Shown: positions 19,355 to 31,600 of the stretch, one piece after another
Layout: the number at the start of each line of letters is the position of its first letter
Position numbering within the stretch: position 1 is the stretch's first letter
Sequence record: DRR378314_1208
Length of the DNA stretch: 55,954 bases
Reading direction: 5' to 3' (one strand)
Translations under genes and position numbers: made by a program
Notes under the pieces: model-generated
Database searches by the model: none
The model's input: only the letters and a program-made list of their open reading frames with translations
Told to the model about the DNA's origin: nothing

Positions 19355-22300
19355 CTATTCGGCGGGTATTTCCTGACGGTTAAAGATCCGGCGAAACGTT
19401 TTCTGCACAGGTTTCATGGTCGTGATGCGGAATACGGCCGGCGTGAAATACAGCGCCAGAAGCGCGGATCCACTGACCCCGCCGGAGATTCCCGCTGCCA
19501 GAGGCATCCAGAAGGAATCCCCCGTCAGCAGGATCGGCACAAAGCCCCCCATTGTCGTCAATGTCGTCGCCACAATATGGCGCGTCGCATCCACGACCAC
19601 TTCACGTTGGGCAATCACGTCATCCGCCATTGCAGCCGGATTCGCCCTGAGCAACGACAGAACGACGATAGAGCCGTTGATCGCAATGCCGAACAGGCCA
19701 AGACCGCCGATGATGGCATTGAAGCCGAACGGCAGATTGAACAACCACACTCCAAAGAAGGCATAGCCAAGCGAGAGAAATCCTGACGCCAGCACCAGCA
19801 GCATCATGCGGAACGAATTGAACACCAGCATGATCGCCCCGGCCATCACCATGACAAGTGGGACACCGACGGCGGCGAGATTTCCAACAGCGTCGCTGGA
19901 ATTCTCTGCTTCGCCCCCAATCACGACCTCATATCCAGCGGGAACATGAAACCCGGTTTTCTCAAACCGCGCCTGATAGTCCGCAAGCACAGGTGCTGGC
20001 AGTGTGTATGGATCCAGATAGGCGAGAATCTGGTTCATGCGCTGGCCATTGCGGCGCGTGATCACCGCGGTTTCGGGCACAAGCGTCACCTCGCCCAGGG
20101 CAGAAATCGGCGTACCAGAGCCGGTGCCGACTGTGGCTGATCGCAAGTCCGTCATCCCAGACCTGCGCGACATCGGCGCAATCACTTTTACCGGCAACTC
20201 TTCAGTCCCCTCCAGCACGGAGCCAGCCCGCACGCCTTCGAGTTCCGCGCTCAGGTCTGCGGCGATATCGGTGAGGCGTTCACCAGCGAGAGCCGATGCG
20301 GCTTCGTCAGCCTGCAGGCGCATCGTGGGCGCGCCCAATTCCAATGACGCGACCGTGTAGGTGATGCCGGGTGTTTGTCCGAGAACGTTGCGAATTTCGT
20401 CGCCAATCATGTCCAGAGTATCAAAATCATTCCCCATGACGCGCAACTCGATCGGTGCGTCAGCGGGGGGGCCCTGCTCGAATGGCAGCGCCAGGAAGCG
20501 CGCACTTGGAAACTCCTCCCGCACCATGCGCTGGACTTCGCCGACAATCTCATGCGTGCGCTCATTTGAATCGAGCTGCACCCAACCTGTCGCAAAGCCT
20601 TCAACGCCTTCCGTATTGTTGAGAACATTATAGTAGACACGCGGCGAAGGCTGGCCGAGCACCCAGGTTACATCTTCAACACCCTCAATGGCACTGATCA
20701 TGTCGGTGGCGCGATGAACCACATCGACGGTGTCATGAATGTCTGCCTCGGCCGACAATTGGAACGTCACCTGAAACTGGTCGCGCTCCGTTTGCGGAAA
20801 GAATTGGGATGGCAACTGCCCGACGAGCCAGAAACCGAATATGGCCGGGGCCACACCAATCGCGATGCCCAGCAGCGGGAAGCGCAAAATGGCCTCGATG
20901 GAGGCGCGGTAGCCATCCGAAATATAGTCATTCATCACGCCATCCCGCCACCAGCGGCGCGGGCGTTTTGCGTGGCCAGTCTCCCAGCCGCGCTTGCGGT
21001 CAAACCAGCCGGCCATCGCCGGGATCACGGTAATGGAGATGAGGAAAGATGCGGAGATCGCGAACACAACCGACAGGCCGATCATCCCAACGAACTCGCC
21101 TGCGCCGCCCGGCAACAGGGCGATGGGCGCAAAGGCAAGCGCTGTGGTCAATGTCGACGCTGCAAGCGGCGCGGCAAGGTGACCCAGACTTTCCCGAATA
21201 GCCTCGAAACGGTTCTTGCCCTTGGCGCGCAATTGGTCGAACTCGTCGACCACAACGATGGCGTTATCGATCAACAAGCCAAGTGAGATGACGAGCCCCG
21301 TCACAGACATCTGGTGGAGCGGGTGGCCGAATACGCTGAACAGGATCAGCACCAGGCTGACCGTAAGCGGAATGGCCATGCCAACTACGATGGCGGACCG
21401 CCACCCCATCGTCACGAACAGGACGAGCACAACGATAAAGGCCGAGAATAACAGGCTCTGCGCCAGGCCGTTCAAGCGATCATTTGTGTAGAGACTCTGA
21501 TCAAATACAGTCTCTACTTTCAGCCCCGGTGGCGCTGACGCCGCGAATTCATCGGCGATAGCGCGGGCGCTTTCTGCCCATTTGTCCACGCGCTGTCCAG
21601 GCGAGATATAAACGCCGACTAGCACAGTCCGAAGATTGTTTTCATAGGCCTGCTTTATGGACGGATCAGCATACCCCTTCTCCACCCTTGCGACATCCGC
21701 CACGCGGACGGCCGAGCCGTCAGGCCGCTGCAGAAGCGGCACCTGGCGCACGCGCGAGATGCCATCAAACTCACCGCCGACCTCGAGGCCGATTGTGCCA
21801 CCCTGCCCGCGTAGGCGACCAGCTGGTGTTTTGCTATCGGCCGCCGCGATAAGGCCCGCGGCCTCACGGAAAGACAGCCCCGCTGCCGACAATGCCTGCG
21901 GATCGACGACCACACGAACTTCTTCTTCTGGCAAACCGTAGGTTTCCGTTTCCTCGGTGCCGCCGAGACGTTGGAATTTGTCTTCGAGGTCCAGTACAAG
22001 GCGGCGCATGACAGTAAGGGGAGGCTCTCCCTCGCCTGTCCAGGTCAGACCGACGACCAACGTCGCAGCGCCCACATACAGTCTTTCAACCTCAGGCGAT
22101 CCGACGCCGGATGGGAATTGGGCCTGCGCCTCTTCCACTTGCCCCCGGATCAGCGTCCAGGTGTCATCGACCTCGCCTTCAGTCAGGTCTTCCCGGATCT
22201 CGATCCGCACCTGTGAAAAACCCGCGCGGCTGGTGGATGTCACGTCTTCAATCTCGGCCAACTCCATGAGAGCCGCTTCGACAGGTTCCGTGACGAGCGC

Positions 22301-22474
22301 CTCAACCCGTTCAGCGTCCGCCCCGGGATATGGCGTCAGCACAAAGCCATAGCGCTCGATCAGGGTCGGGTCTTCCTGACGCCCCAGCGTCAGCATCGCG
22401 CCAAGCCCACCAATCAGGACAACCAGGATCGCGAGTATGGCAAGGCGCGGCAGTTTGAAGAAAAGCGTCGACAT
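19355..22474 (-). CDS. RND efflux transporter permease subunit (AcrB/AcrD/AcrF family)
   Basis: 1039 aa; RQEDP; YPGADAERVEALVT.PVE; LGLLIDNAIVV; FFPQTER; RHIVATTLTT. Confidence 0.95.
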   Translation of the reverse strand: MSTLFFKLPRLAILAILVVLIGGLGAMLTLGRQEDPTLIERYGFVLTPYPGADAERVEALVTEPVEAALMELAEIEDVTSTSRAGFSQVRIEIREDLTEGEVDDTWTLIRGQVEEAQAQFPSGVGSPEVERLYVGAATLVVGLTWTGEGEPPLTVMRRLVLDLEDKFQRLGGTEETETYGLPEEEVRVVVDPQALSAAGLSFREAAGLIAAADSKTPAGRLRGQGGTIGLEVGGEFDGISRVRQVPLLQRPDGSAVRVADVARVEKGYADPSIKQAYENNLRTVLVGVYISPGQRVDKWAESARAIADEFAASAPPGLKVETVFDQSLYTNDRLNGLAQSLLFSAFIVVLVLFVTMGWRSAIVVGMAIPLTVSLVLILFSVFGHPLHQMSVTGLVISLGLLIDNAIVVVDEFDQLRAKGKNRFEAIRESLGHLAAPLAASTLTTALAFAPIALLPGGAGEFVGMIGLSVVFAISASFLISITVIPAMAGWFDRKRGWETGHAKRPRRWWRDGVMNDYISDGYRASIEAILRFPLLGIAIGVAPAIFGFWLVGQLPSQFFPQTERDQFQVTFQLSAEADIHDTVDVVHRATDMISAIEGVEDVTWVLGQPSPRVYYNVLNNTEGVEGFATGWVQLDSNERTHEIVGEVQRMVREEFPSARFLALPFEQGPPADAPIELRVMGNDFDTLDMIGDEIRNVLGQTPGITYTVASLELGAPTMRLQADEAASALAGERLTDIAADLSAELEGVRAGSVLEGTEELPVKVIAPMSRRSGMTDLRSATVGTGSGTPISALGEVTLVPETAVITRRNGQRMNQILAYLDPYTLPAPVLADYQARFEKTGFHVPAGYEVVIGGEAENSSDAVGNLAAVGVPLVMVMAGAIMLVFNSFRMMLLVLASGFLSLGYAFFGVWLFNLPFGFNAIIGGLGLFGIAINGSIVVLSLLRANPAAMADDVIAQREVVVDATRHIVATTLTTMGGFVPILLTGDSFWMPLAAGISGGVSGSALLALYFTPAVFRITTMKPVQKTFRRIFNRQEIPAE

Positions 22475-22479
22475 GAGAC

Positions 22480-23664
22480 TTAGCCACCATTCACGGCAGC
22501 AGCACGGTGCACGTCGCGCGGCTCAACCGGCAAACCCGGCACGATGCGTTGCAAACCATCGGTTATGACCCGCTCACCTTCTTCGACAGCGCCACGAACA
22601 AAGGCGCGATCACCATCCGTATGCACCATTTCTACCGGACGGGTGGCGACCTTCCAGCCCGACCCGCTCGGCTCCGCTACATAGATCGACCATAGTCCGC
22701 GCGACGCGGTAGATAAAGATTTGACCGGCACCCAGAAGCCCGGCTCATCAATGTCTCTCTGCATCGTCAGGCGCACAACAGTTCCTGACGCAACCTGTCC
22801 CTTGTTCTCGATTTCAAAAACGGCTGCGACAGTGCGCTGCGCCGGATCGATCACGCCGGTGACACTGCGCAAAATGGCCTCGACTGTTCCAACATCGGTC
22901 TTGAGATCATAGGTCTCTCCAGGTGTCAGGCGGGCGGCGCTATTGGCAGGCAGTCCGATGCGAGCTTCCAGATGCCCCGCCTCGACCAAGTCCAGCACAG
23001 GCTGGCCAGCGCCGGCGATGGTGCCTTCGTCCGCCATGCGGGAAGTCACCACGCCATCGAAAGGTGCTGTGATGCGAGACAGGTCTATCTGCACGCGGTA
23101 AATGTCCGCCTGCGCCTTGGCTGCTTCAACACGTGCGAGCGCCGTATCTGCCTGCGCCTCAGCTTCGTCCACCGCTTGCTGGGAAACATGCCCCTGCATC
23201 TTCAGTTTGCGTTGGCGCTCGACCGTACTCATGGCAAGCGAATGCGCCGCGCGCACCTCTTCGACCACGGCATTTGCCGAAGCCAGTTGCGCACGCAGGC
23301 CGCGCGTATCCAAACTGGCAAGGATGCTGCCGCGCTGGACACGATCGCCAACATCCACAGCAATCGATTCAATCCGACCACCAGTCGAGAAGCCAAGCGC
23401 GCTGTTGCGTCTGGCTTCGGCAAGACCGGAATAGGCCTCGTTCAATGTGAAGGCCGTGACCAATTCGACCGGCGCGACCTGAACGGTCATCGGTATAGGA
23501 GCAGCCTTGGCAATCTTCGGCCCTTCTTCGCTGCGCAGGCGCGTCGCCGCGAGCACAAGACCGACGCAGACCACCACCAGGATCAGCATGAAGATCAGCC
23601 CCTTGATGGCTGTCGGTCGCTTGTCGCGCGACACATCTCCGATATGCGGGTTTGTCTCTGTCAT
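22480..23664 (-). CDS. RND efflux periplasmic adaptor (MFP)
   Basis: N-terminal TM; lipoyl-like GRIESIAVDVGDRVQRG and ITAPFDGVV; adjacent to the permease. Confidence 0.94.
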   Translation of the reverse strand: MTETNPHIGDVSRDKRPTAIKGLIFMLILVVVCVGLVLAATRLRSEEGPKIAKAAPIPMTVQVAPVELVTAFTLNEAYSGLAEARRNSALGFSTGGRIESIAVDVGDRVQRGSILASLDTRGLRAQLASANAVVEEVRAAHSLAMSTVERQRKLKMQGHVSQQAVDEAEAQADTALARVEAAKAQADIYRVQIDLSRITAPFDGVVTSRMADEGTIAGAGQPVLDLVEAGHLEARIGLPANSAARLTPGETYDLKTDVGTVEAILRSVTGVIDPAQRTVAAVFEIENKGQVASGTVVRLTMQRDIDEPGFWVPVKSLSTASRGLWSIYVAEPSGSGWKVATRPVEMVHTDGDRAFVRGAVEEGERVITDGLQRIVPGLPVEPRDVHRAAAVNGG

Positions 23665-24371
23665 GATGCTTGTCCTGAGAGGTCGCCGTTTTCACTCGCG
23701 ACTGCGGGTTTCAGCAGGCTGCGGATCTGCAGGCTTGCGTGGAATTCTATGAAATCAGTTGCCGACATAGGCGTTTCGTCCGGCACGAGTTGATGGAACT
23801 TTGGAACGTGGATCAATAGTTGCGCAAGTCCATGCGACCCGGCCCAAAGAGACTTCGCCGCGATGACCGGGTGCAGCGCCGGGTCGAACACGCCAAGTTC
23901 CTGCCCTTCACGCACCATGCTGATCAGCACACCGAAAGCCTGCCCTTTCTGCGACGCCACAAACCCGTCCCACGACAGAATTCCGGCACCATTTTCAGGC
24001 AGATCATTCTGAATGCTGGAAAATGCGGCCGCGTAGTGGAAAGGGCGTGTCACTGCGGTTTCGACGTATGTTGCGACACACGCTTTTGCACGCTCGAGAA
24101 ACGGACGGTCGGCGCTGGAACTGTTGTCGACCTTTTCAAGGAGCCGCTCGAAGAACGCTTCCTTCAACTCATCAATGAGTTCTTCCTTGGACCCGAAATA
24201 TTTGTAGATCGCAGAGGGCGAATAATCGATCTCGTCCGCCAAACGGCGGATCGACAAACCTTCCTCCCCCTCCTTGGCAAACACGCGCTCGGCGGCGGAG
24301 ATGATGGACTCCCGCACACGCGACCGGCGACGGTCGGCTGGCGTCTCTTCGGGGGCGTCATCTGTCTGCAT
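23661..24371 (-). CDS. TetR/AcrR family transcriptional regulator
   Basis: HTH IISAAERVF...LSIRRLADEIDYSPSAIYKYFGSKEEL; stop overlaps the MFP start. Confidence 0.93.
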   Translation of the reverse strand: MQTDDAPEETPADRRRSRVRESIISAAERVFAKEGEEGLSIRRLADEIDYSPSAIYKYFGSKEELIDELKEAFFERLLEKVDNSSSADRPFLERAKACVATYVETAVTRPFHYAAAFSSIQNDLPENGAGILSWDGFVASQKGQAFGVLISMVREGQELGVFDPALHPVIAAKSLWAGSHGLAQLLIHVPKFHQLVPDETPMSATDFIEFHASLQIRSLLKPAVASENGDLSGQAS

Positions 24372-24506
24372 TTGACCCAATCTTCGTGCAAAGCGTTCAG
24401 AAAGTGAACACTGTTCACTCTTGTACGCTTTTCGGGGCCCAAGCTCAAGACGGCAATTGTTAACAGGCGGCTTTAAGTGGGCCTCACGCGAGCCTATGTT
24501 GCCGCC

Positions 24507-25136
24507 ATGACAAAGCGATTCCCCCCCGCCCCCGCCATCGGAACCCCAATGCTGGCAACACGCCCAAGCGCGGAGGCGCGGCAATTGCTGGCCCGGCGAC
24601 GTTCGGCGGGAAAACATTTCATCTCCGAACCCGGCCCAACGCCAGACGCGCTGGATGAGTTGCTGGAGATCGCCGCTCGCGTACCGGATCACCGCAAGCT
24701 GACGCCTTGGCGTTTCATCGTGTTCGAAGGCGACGCGCGGGCCGACTTTGGCCAGGAACTGGCGCGCATTCGGGGCGAGACCCTGGAAGATGCAGAGTCC
24801 CAGGATTTGATGGAGGCCGCAGGTCTGTTCCTGCGCGCCCCAACCGTGGTGGCCGTCATTTCCTCACCAAAGGAAGATGGGCGCACCCCAATTTGGGAAC
24901 AGGAATTGTCCGCTGGGGCCGTGTGCTACAATTTGCTGCTCGCCGCCAATGCCAGCGGCTGGGCGGGCGCCTGGCTCAGCGAATGGCCAGCCTTTGACAA
25001 GCAGGTCGCCGAAGCACTCGGCCTCACTGGTAAAGAGCGCGTCGCCGGGTTCATCTATCTTGGCACATCAAAGATCGACCCACCCGAACGTGGACGCGCC
25101 TGCATGGCGGATATCGTCACGCGCTGGTCGCGCTAG
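24507..25136 (+). CDS. Nitroreductase family protein (YdjA-like)
   Basis: [35 protein letters not shown]. Confidence 0.92.
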   Translation: MTKRFPPAPAIGTPMLATRPSAEARQLLARRRSAGKHFISEPGPTPDALDELLEIAARVPDHRKLTPWRFIVFEGDARADFGQELARIRGETLEDAESQDLMEAAGLFLRAPTVVAVISSPKEDGRTPIWEQELSAGAVCYNLLLAANASGWAGAWLSEWPAFDKQVAEALGLTGKERVAGFIYLGTSKIDPPERGRACMADIVTRWSR

Positions 25137-25600
25137 CCCCGACCGCGATAAGAAGCGACGCCGGTATCGGGCACATAGAGCCCGGCTGGCACCTCGCCGG
25201 ACTGCCAGAACACATCAATCGGAATGCCGCCGCGCGGATACCAGTATCCGGAAATGCGCAGCCACTTCGCCTCGGTGAAGTCAAAAATCTTCTTGCCGAT
25301 AGACACCGTGCATTCCTCGTGAAACGCGCCATGATTGCGGAAGCTGGTCAGGTAGAGCTTGAGGCTCTTGGATTCGACCAGCCAATCACCCGGCGCGTAG
25401 TCGATGACAAGGTGCGCGAAATCGGGCTGGCCCGTCACCGGACACAGGGACGTGAATTCCGGCGCAACAAAGCGCGTGAGATAGAGCGTGTCGGCATGCG
25501 GATTTGCCACCCGCTCGAGCTCTGCTGTCTCGGGGCTTTGCGGTTGGTCGGTTTGCTGGCCGAGTTGGCCCAGCCCCTGATAGATCGGATTGTCAGCCAT
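25133..25600 (-). CDS. queF: NADPH-dependent 7-cyano-7-deazaguanine reductase (short type)
   Basis: [36 protein letters not shown]. Confidence 0.97.
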   Translation of the reverse strand: MADNPIYQGLGQLGQQTDQPQSPETAELERVANPHADTLYLTRFVAPEFTSLCPVTGQPDFAHLVIDYAPGDWLVESKSLKLYLTSFRNHGAFHEECTVSIGKKIFDFTEAKWLRISGYWYPRGGIPIDVFWQSGEVPAGLYVPDTGVASYRGRG

Positions 25601-25601
25601 A

Positions 25602-26624
25602 TTAAAGGATCGCCGGTACGGGAATGAGATTGAAGGTCAGCCCCATATAGAGCGCATATGCGAAAAGGAGAACCGCTCCCTCCCAGCGCGCAACCAGCTT
25701 GCCGGAAATCGCAAAGACCACCATCAGCGCGACAGACAGAAGCAGAGCCGCAATATCGCCAACACTGATCAGGCTGTGGCTGATGCCGGACGACATCGCA
25801 TCTGTCGTTACATCGCCGGTCGGTACGCCGCGCACACTGAATGGATGCACCAGTGCCGTTACGCCCAGAATGCCGAGAATATTGAAGATGTTCGAACCAA
25901 TGATGTTGCCGAGCGCGACATCCGCCTTGCCCCGGAACGCCGCTATAGCCGATGTGGCAAGTTCAGGCAGGCTGGTGCCGATAGCGACAATCGAGAGACC
26001 AATAACTGTCTCGCTGATGCCAAACTCCCGCGCGATGATGACACCGCCATCAACCAGCAGCTTTGCCCCGATGACGACGCCTGCCAGGCCCGCAACCGCG
26101 ATGAGAATGCCGAGAAGAATGCCATAGTTCGCCTCGACGATTTCGCCCTCCTCCGCATGCATGTCCGCCGCCTTGTCGCCCGCAGTCCGATCCGCGATCA
26201 GCGAGAAGGCGATATAGGCCAGCAATGCGGCGACCAGTACGAAGCCGGCAAGGCGCGAGAACAAATCAAACCAGATCAACGCACACAGCACAGCCGTCAC
26301 GATCACCATGATGGACGTATCCCGCATCAGAGCCCGCGGGTTGGTGATGATTGGATGAATGACGGCCGCTACGCCCAGAACAAGAAGGACATTCGCGATA
26401 TTGGAGCCGACAACGTTTCCGACAGCGATCCCCACCGCGCCTTCACTGATGGCTCGCAAGCTGGTGACCAACTCAGGAACCGATGTGCCGAAGCCAACCA
26501 GCGTCAGCCCGATCACGAGTTCGGAAATGTTGAGCTTTCGCGCAACGCTCACGGATCCGCGAACCAGCCCTTCACCCCCTATGAACAAGAGAATGAGGCC
26601 GCCCAGAACCATCAGATATGTCAT
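25602..26624 (-). CDS. Calcium/sodium antiporter (YrbG/CaCA family)
   Basis: Duplicated alpha-repeats GTSVPEL...GNVVGSNI and GTSLPEL...[10 protein letters not shown]. Confidence 0.94.
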   Translation of the reverse strand: MTYLMVLGGLILLFIGGEGLVRGSVSVARKLNISELVIGLTLVGFGTSVPELVTSLRAISEGAVGIAVGNVVGSNIANVLLVLGVAAVIHPIITNPRALMRDTSIMVIVTAVLCALIWFDLFSRLAGFVLVAALLAYIAFSLIADRTAGDKAADMHAEEGEIVEANYGILLGILIAVAGLAGVVIGAKLLVDGGVIIAREFGISETVIGLSIVAIGTSLPELATSAIAAFRGKADVALGNIIGSNIFNILGILGVTALVHPFSVRGVPTGDVTTDAMSSGISHSLISVGDIAALLLSVALMVVFAISGKLVARWEGAVLLFAYALYMGLTFNLIPVPAIL

Positions 26625-26843
26625 GAAAATCCCCGTGGGAAAGAATGAAGCATTGAATATGGTAAACCACGAATACGAGCGCAATCTGACCCATGCTGAG
26701 ATTTTCGAGGACCCTTCCGACCGCCCAAACGTACAAAAAAGCAGATATCCGGGGAGGCGCGACAAATTTCAGCAATCTTGTTCACCGTACACTCAGCTCG
26801 ATGGCGCACATATCTCAATGGATACGCAAGGATCACACGGAAG

Positions 26844-28679
26844 ATGGTAAATCAGGCGATCCGCCCCGCGCAGAATTCAGCCCGGCCTTTCGGCAGGATC
26901 GCTGTCTGCTGCCTGGCGCTCAGCCTGGCCCCTGCCTGCGCCTATCTTCCATTCACTGATAATGGCGAAACGACCGGCTCAGGCAACACGACGATTCCGG
27001 TCACAATCGAGGGTGTACCGAAACAACTGGAAAGCGGCGCGCTCAAATCCGTCGAGATCCGCGCAGGCGAACCAACCAGCCTGCTGGACGTGAGGCGCAG
27101 CGCAACCCAGGCCGCCAGCGCGCTGGAAGAATATCTCGCGTCCGAAGGTTACTTCATGGCGGTGGTCAGCCCGGACCTTGTGGAAGACATGGATATGCGC
27201 CCCCAGCTCGACGTGGACGTTGGCGAGCGCTTCACCATCGCCGAGATAAACCTGTCTGGTACGGAGACTTTACCAGCTGACGTTTTGGACAAGCTGAGCA
27301 TCGCCTCTGATGAACTGGGTATCGGCACATGGGCCGTAACCACTGACATCGAGGAATTGGAGCGACGGCTCGTCACTGAGCTCCGTCGTGAAGGGTATGC
27401 CTTCGCGGAAAGCGAAGGCATCGACGCGCTTGCCTCCCGCGCCGACAAAACGCTGGAGCTGACCTACCAACTCGTTCCGGGACCACGCGTCCAACTCGGC
27501 GAACTGATCATTCCGGAAGGCCTGGAGACGAAAGATCGCTCGATTGAAATTCTTCGCAATTGGGAACTCGGCAACTACTACACTCCGGAAAAGGTGGAAA
27601 CGCTTCGCACCCGCATACGCGGGACCGGACTGTTTGATGGTATTGGCGTCCAGATCCAGGAAGATCCGGCGGCGGATGGATTACATCCCGTTGAGCTGCA
27701 ATTGTCCGAAGGCAAGCGCCGATCCATCGGCGCAGGTATCAGCGTTTCAACATCTGAAGGGGTCGGCGCCACAGCGAGTTGGGAACGCCGCAATCTAACC
27801 GGCGTTGGCGACACGCTCGGTGTCGATGCGCAGATCGCGACTCTCACGAGTGGTCTGACACTGAGCTATGATCGTCCCAATATTGGCAGGTATGGTCGCG
27901 ACTTTTCTGCAGAGACAGGCATCCGCGCAGAAGAAACGGATGCCTACGATCTGCAGGGCGTCAGCGCCACGGCAAGCCTTTCGCAACCGTTCAACGACCA
28001 CTTCACGCTATCGGCGGGCGCAACCATCGATGCGACGCGCTCGACGGATTACGAACTGCGCGCTGCCGGCGAGGACGATTACGAGGAGCAGGTCACCTTC
28101 TCTTTCCCGCTAGGCGCAACCTACGACACGGTGAAACGACCGCTGGACCCTCAATCCGGCAATCGTGTTTCGCTTGGCGTCGAGCCCGGCGTCTCTGTAG
28201 GCGATAGCGAAGCGCCCTTCACGCGGATCACAAGTTCGGCGTCAACCTATCACAAGATCTCGGAGCGGCTGGTTGCCGCTGTGCGCGCAGAGGTCGGGAC
28301 GTTCCTCGGCGAAGACGATGTACCGGTCGATCGCAAATTCTATGCGGGTGGCGGCGGCTCTGTCCGTGGCTTTGAGTATCAGTCCCTTTCCCCGACCGAT
28401 GCGGACGGAAACATCATCGGGGGTGACGCGATGTTCGCCGCATCAGCCGAGCTTCGCTGGCGCAAATCAGAACGTTGGGGTTATGTGGCCTTTGTCGATT
28501 CCGGCTCTGCGGCCGGCTCTGTGGATGAAGCCATCGGCGAGATGCGAACGTCGGTCGGCTTCGGCGTGCGCTTCTACCCAGGTTTCGGGCCGGTACGGTT
28601 TGACATTGCAACACCTCTGGATCGCCGCGACGGTGACGACCCCGTGCAAATCTACGTATCTATCGGACAGGCGTTCTGA
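26844..28679 (+). CDS. tamA: Autotransporter assembly complex Omp85 protein
   Basis: POTRA-like N-terminus; FYAGGGGSVRGF; GPVRFDIATPL; C-terminal YVSIGQAF. Confidence 0.9.
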   Translation: MVNQAIRPAQNSARPFGRIAVCCLALSLAPACAYLPFTDNGETTGSGNTTIPVTIEGVPKQLESGALKSVEIRAGEPTSLLDVRRSATQAASALEEYLASEGYFMAVVSPDLVEDMDMRPQLDVDVGERFTIAEINLSGTETLPADVLDKLSIASDELGIGTWAVTTDIEELERRLVTELRREGYAFAESEGIDALASRADKTLELTYQLVPGPRVQLGELIIPEGLETKDRSIEILRNWELGNYYTPEKVETLRTRIRGTGLFDGIGVQIQEDPAADGLHPVELQLSEGKRRSIGAGISVSTSEGVGATASWERRNLTGVGDTLGVDAQIATLTSGLTLSYDRPNIGRYGRDFSAETGIRAEETDAYDLQGVSATASLSQPFNDHFTLSAGATIDATRSTDYELRAAGEDDYEEQVTFSFPLGATYDTVKRPLDPQSGNRVSLGVEPGVSVGDSEAPFTRITSSASTYHKISERLVAAVRAEVGTFLGEDDVPVDRKFYAGGGGSVRGFEYQSLSPTDADGNIIGGDAMFAASAELRWRKSERWGYVAFVDSGSAAGSVDEAIGEMRTSVGFGVRFYPGFGPVRFDIATPLDRRDGDDPVQIYVSIGQAF

Positions 28680-31600
28680 TGGCAGCGTTTCACTCCCTTC
28701 TTGGCATGGTCCGTAGACGTCGCTGGCTGATGGCGGCGCTGTCAGTCTTGCTCGTCCTGTGCACAATTCTGATTGCCGCCCGCATCTGGATTGCCTCCAA
28801 CGGTGGTCGCGCTTTTTTGGAGGCACAGATTGATGGTCGAGAAGCCGGGCCACTTGGAACGGTAGAAATCGATGGCTTGCGCGGAGATCCGCTGGACCAG
28901 ATGTCTGTTGCACGTCTGACCATATCAGATGAAGATGGCGTATGGCTCACCGCCGAAGGCATAGACCTTGCCTGGTCGCCCGCGCGTCTCGTATCCCGAA
29001 CAGTGAAGCTGGACCTGATAGGGGCGGACAGGATCAATGTCATCCGTCGCCCGATCCTCGGCCAACGCGATGAACGGAACTCTTCCGGCTCCAGCAATTG
29101 GGCAGTGTCGCTCGATACGCTGGCGATTGACGAGTTATTACTGCAGGAAGGCGTCGCAGGCCCCAAGGCGGCCTTTGAAATTGATGGCAATTTGCGCCTG
29201 CCAAAAACGCGGACGTTTGAACTCGCGCTCACCGCCCTGCCCCTTGAAGGCGCTGGAGACAGGATAGATGCGCGCCTGACGCGCAACGCTTCGGGGGCTT
29301 TCCGCATCGATGCGGACATCGAAGCACCAGCCGGCGGAACGATCGCCACCCTCACCAATCTGCCAGAAGGCGAAAACGCCACCCTCATCGCGCGCGCCAG
29401 CGGCACGCTGGAATCCGGTGATGGCTTTGCTGAACTGAAACTGTCAGATGCGACAGTCGCCGAACTCACCGCCAAGATCACCGATGGCAAGCTGCGCGCC
29501 AACACAACCATCAACGCCGAGCGGTTGCCCGTATCAGACCGGGTAAGACAACTTGTCGGACAATCCGCGCGTGTCACGCTGGACGCCGAAACCGGAAAGA
29601 AAAAGGCACCTTTTGAGCTATCGGCGAATGTTGCCTCAGGCACACTGTCCGCCAACGGCACTTATCGGAGTGGCAAACGTGATCTTGATGGCCCACTCAA
29701 TCTTGATCTTTCCTTTACAGGTTTTGAGACGCTTACTGACTTTTCCGCAGACCTGACTTTCACAGGTCAGCTAGCAGACCCGCTGGGCATACCGACACTG
29801 TCAGGCGACGCGACTCTGAATCGCCGCGATGGATCCGACCTCCCGTTTGGCCAGATGAGCGGGCCTGTGAAGATTCGTTCGAACGAGCAGACAATTCAAT
29901 TTGAAGGACAATTGGCCGGCAAAGGCATTCTGAAGTCGAACCAGACGGCCTTGCGAATTCTGGGGAAAACGCCGAGTGTGCAGGTAGCTGGGGAATACGA
30001 CCGGACTTCTGGCGAACTGAGCTTGTCTCCCTCCACAGCTCGGCTCGAGCGCGGCAGAGCGGATGCCAGTGGAAACGTATCCACTCGAGACAAGACACTC
30101 GACCTGCAGGTCAAACTGCAAAATGTCTCGGGACTGCTCTCAACTGCCCCGGACCTCTCCGCGGGCGGCCTTCTTGCGCTGAACGGCACATTCGACGCAC
30201 CGAACATTTCAGCAGATCTCCGCATCCAGAATATTGATGCTCTGAACGCAATCGCCGTCGATGCGCTGGGTGCATCTGCCCGGCTGCGAGGTGACATTCA
30301 GAAAAAGGGGCAGACGTTTGTCGTTCGCTCCGCATCGCTCGACGGGAGCAATCTCAGCGCAACGGGCTCAGGCAAGTTTGCAGCAAGCGACGCGACCGAT
30401 CTGGTAGTCCAGCTCGCGCAAAGTGACGCGCTTTCGATCTTTGGCACGCAGATACAGCTTGGCACCGGCACAGTCCGACTGACCGGCTCGAATGGCATTG
30501 ACGCAGTTCACTTCGCATCTTCCGGTGGCCGCCTCGCGCGGGACAGTGTTGAGATTGAAGGCCTTGAGACAACGATCAAGTTGCAGAATGAGGACAATTC
30601 CTGGGCGGGGCCGGTTGAGCTGGCAGGCCAGATGGGACAGCAGCCTGTCGCGGTGAACGCCACCGCCTCTTGGGCCGATAGCGTGTTCGCACTCCGGAAC
30701 ATATCATCCAGATACGACACCGCCCAACTCAGCGGATCGCTGGTTTACGGAGGGGACGTTGGGCTCGACATGAACCTGAATGCCACCGGAGACAGATTCG
30801 CATTTGAGTCTCGACGGGTGGGCCTGTTCGATGTCGCCGTTCAAATTCGGCGCCCTCCAGAGGAAGACACTTCAATCGTCGCATCTGGCGACGTGCGTGA
30901 CGTCTGGCTATCCCCTTCATTGCGCTTCGATTCCGTAACGGGGAAGATCCAAAACGCTCCGGAAGGATACAATTTCGCCGTTCAAATCGAACGAGACCAT
31001 GATGCCCGGCCGACATCACTGGACATGCTTGGATCAGCAGACTTCGCAGCCGATTATCCAAGCGGCCAGATCGAGTTGGATGGCACACTGCTTGGCGAAG
31101 CAGCTCGTTCGGTCCAGCCTGTCAGCTGGCGCTTGGGAGACACGCCATCCATCGAGGCGAACCTCGCAATGTTCGGCGGATCGATTGAAGCCCGTATTGA
31201 GGAAGACACACGCACGCCCCGAATGAAGTTCGAGATCGCAAACGTCGACCTGGCCCCCGTGATGGCATCGGCAGGCATCGCCACCCGGCGCGTGATGGTG
31301 AATGGCCGTGGCGACTTCCTGCTATTCGGCGCGAACCCGGAAGGTCAGTTTGACATGGAAGTTGAAGGGCCGCTCCCCGGCCTGGAACGGTCCCTTGCCA
31401 TCGAACTGGTCGGACAGTTGCGCGGCCAGGCCCTGACGATTGAAGGGGCCGGGGATTATGGAGACCTTCGACTCGCTGGCGCCGCTTCATTGCCCGTATC
31501 CGCCAATCCGGACGGGATTGCGCATCTCAATATGGATGCCCCGGTAAAAGGAACCGCCAACCTCAATGGAGATCTATCGGATCTGCGATCCCTCGCACTT

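Noticed and set aside
25600..25700. preQ1 riboswitch upstream of queF
   Set aside because: There is no leader; the upstream antiporter gene ends 1 nt before the queF start.
26844..26945. Lipoprotein signal on TamA (SLAPAC)
   Set aside because: Non-canonical lipobox with Pro at -2, and the start codon is uncertain.
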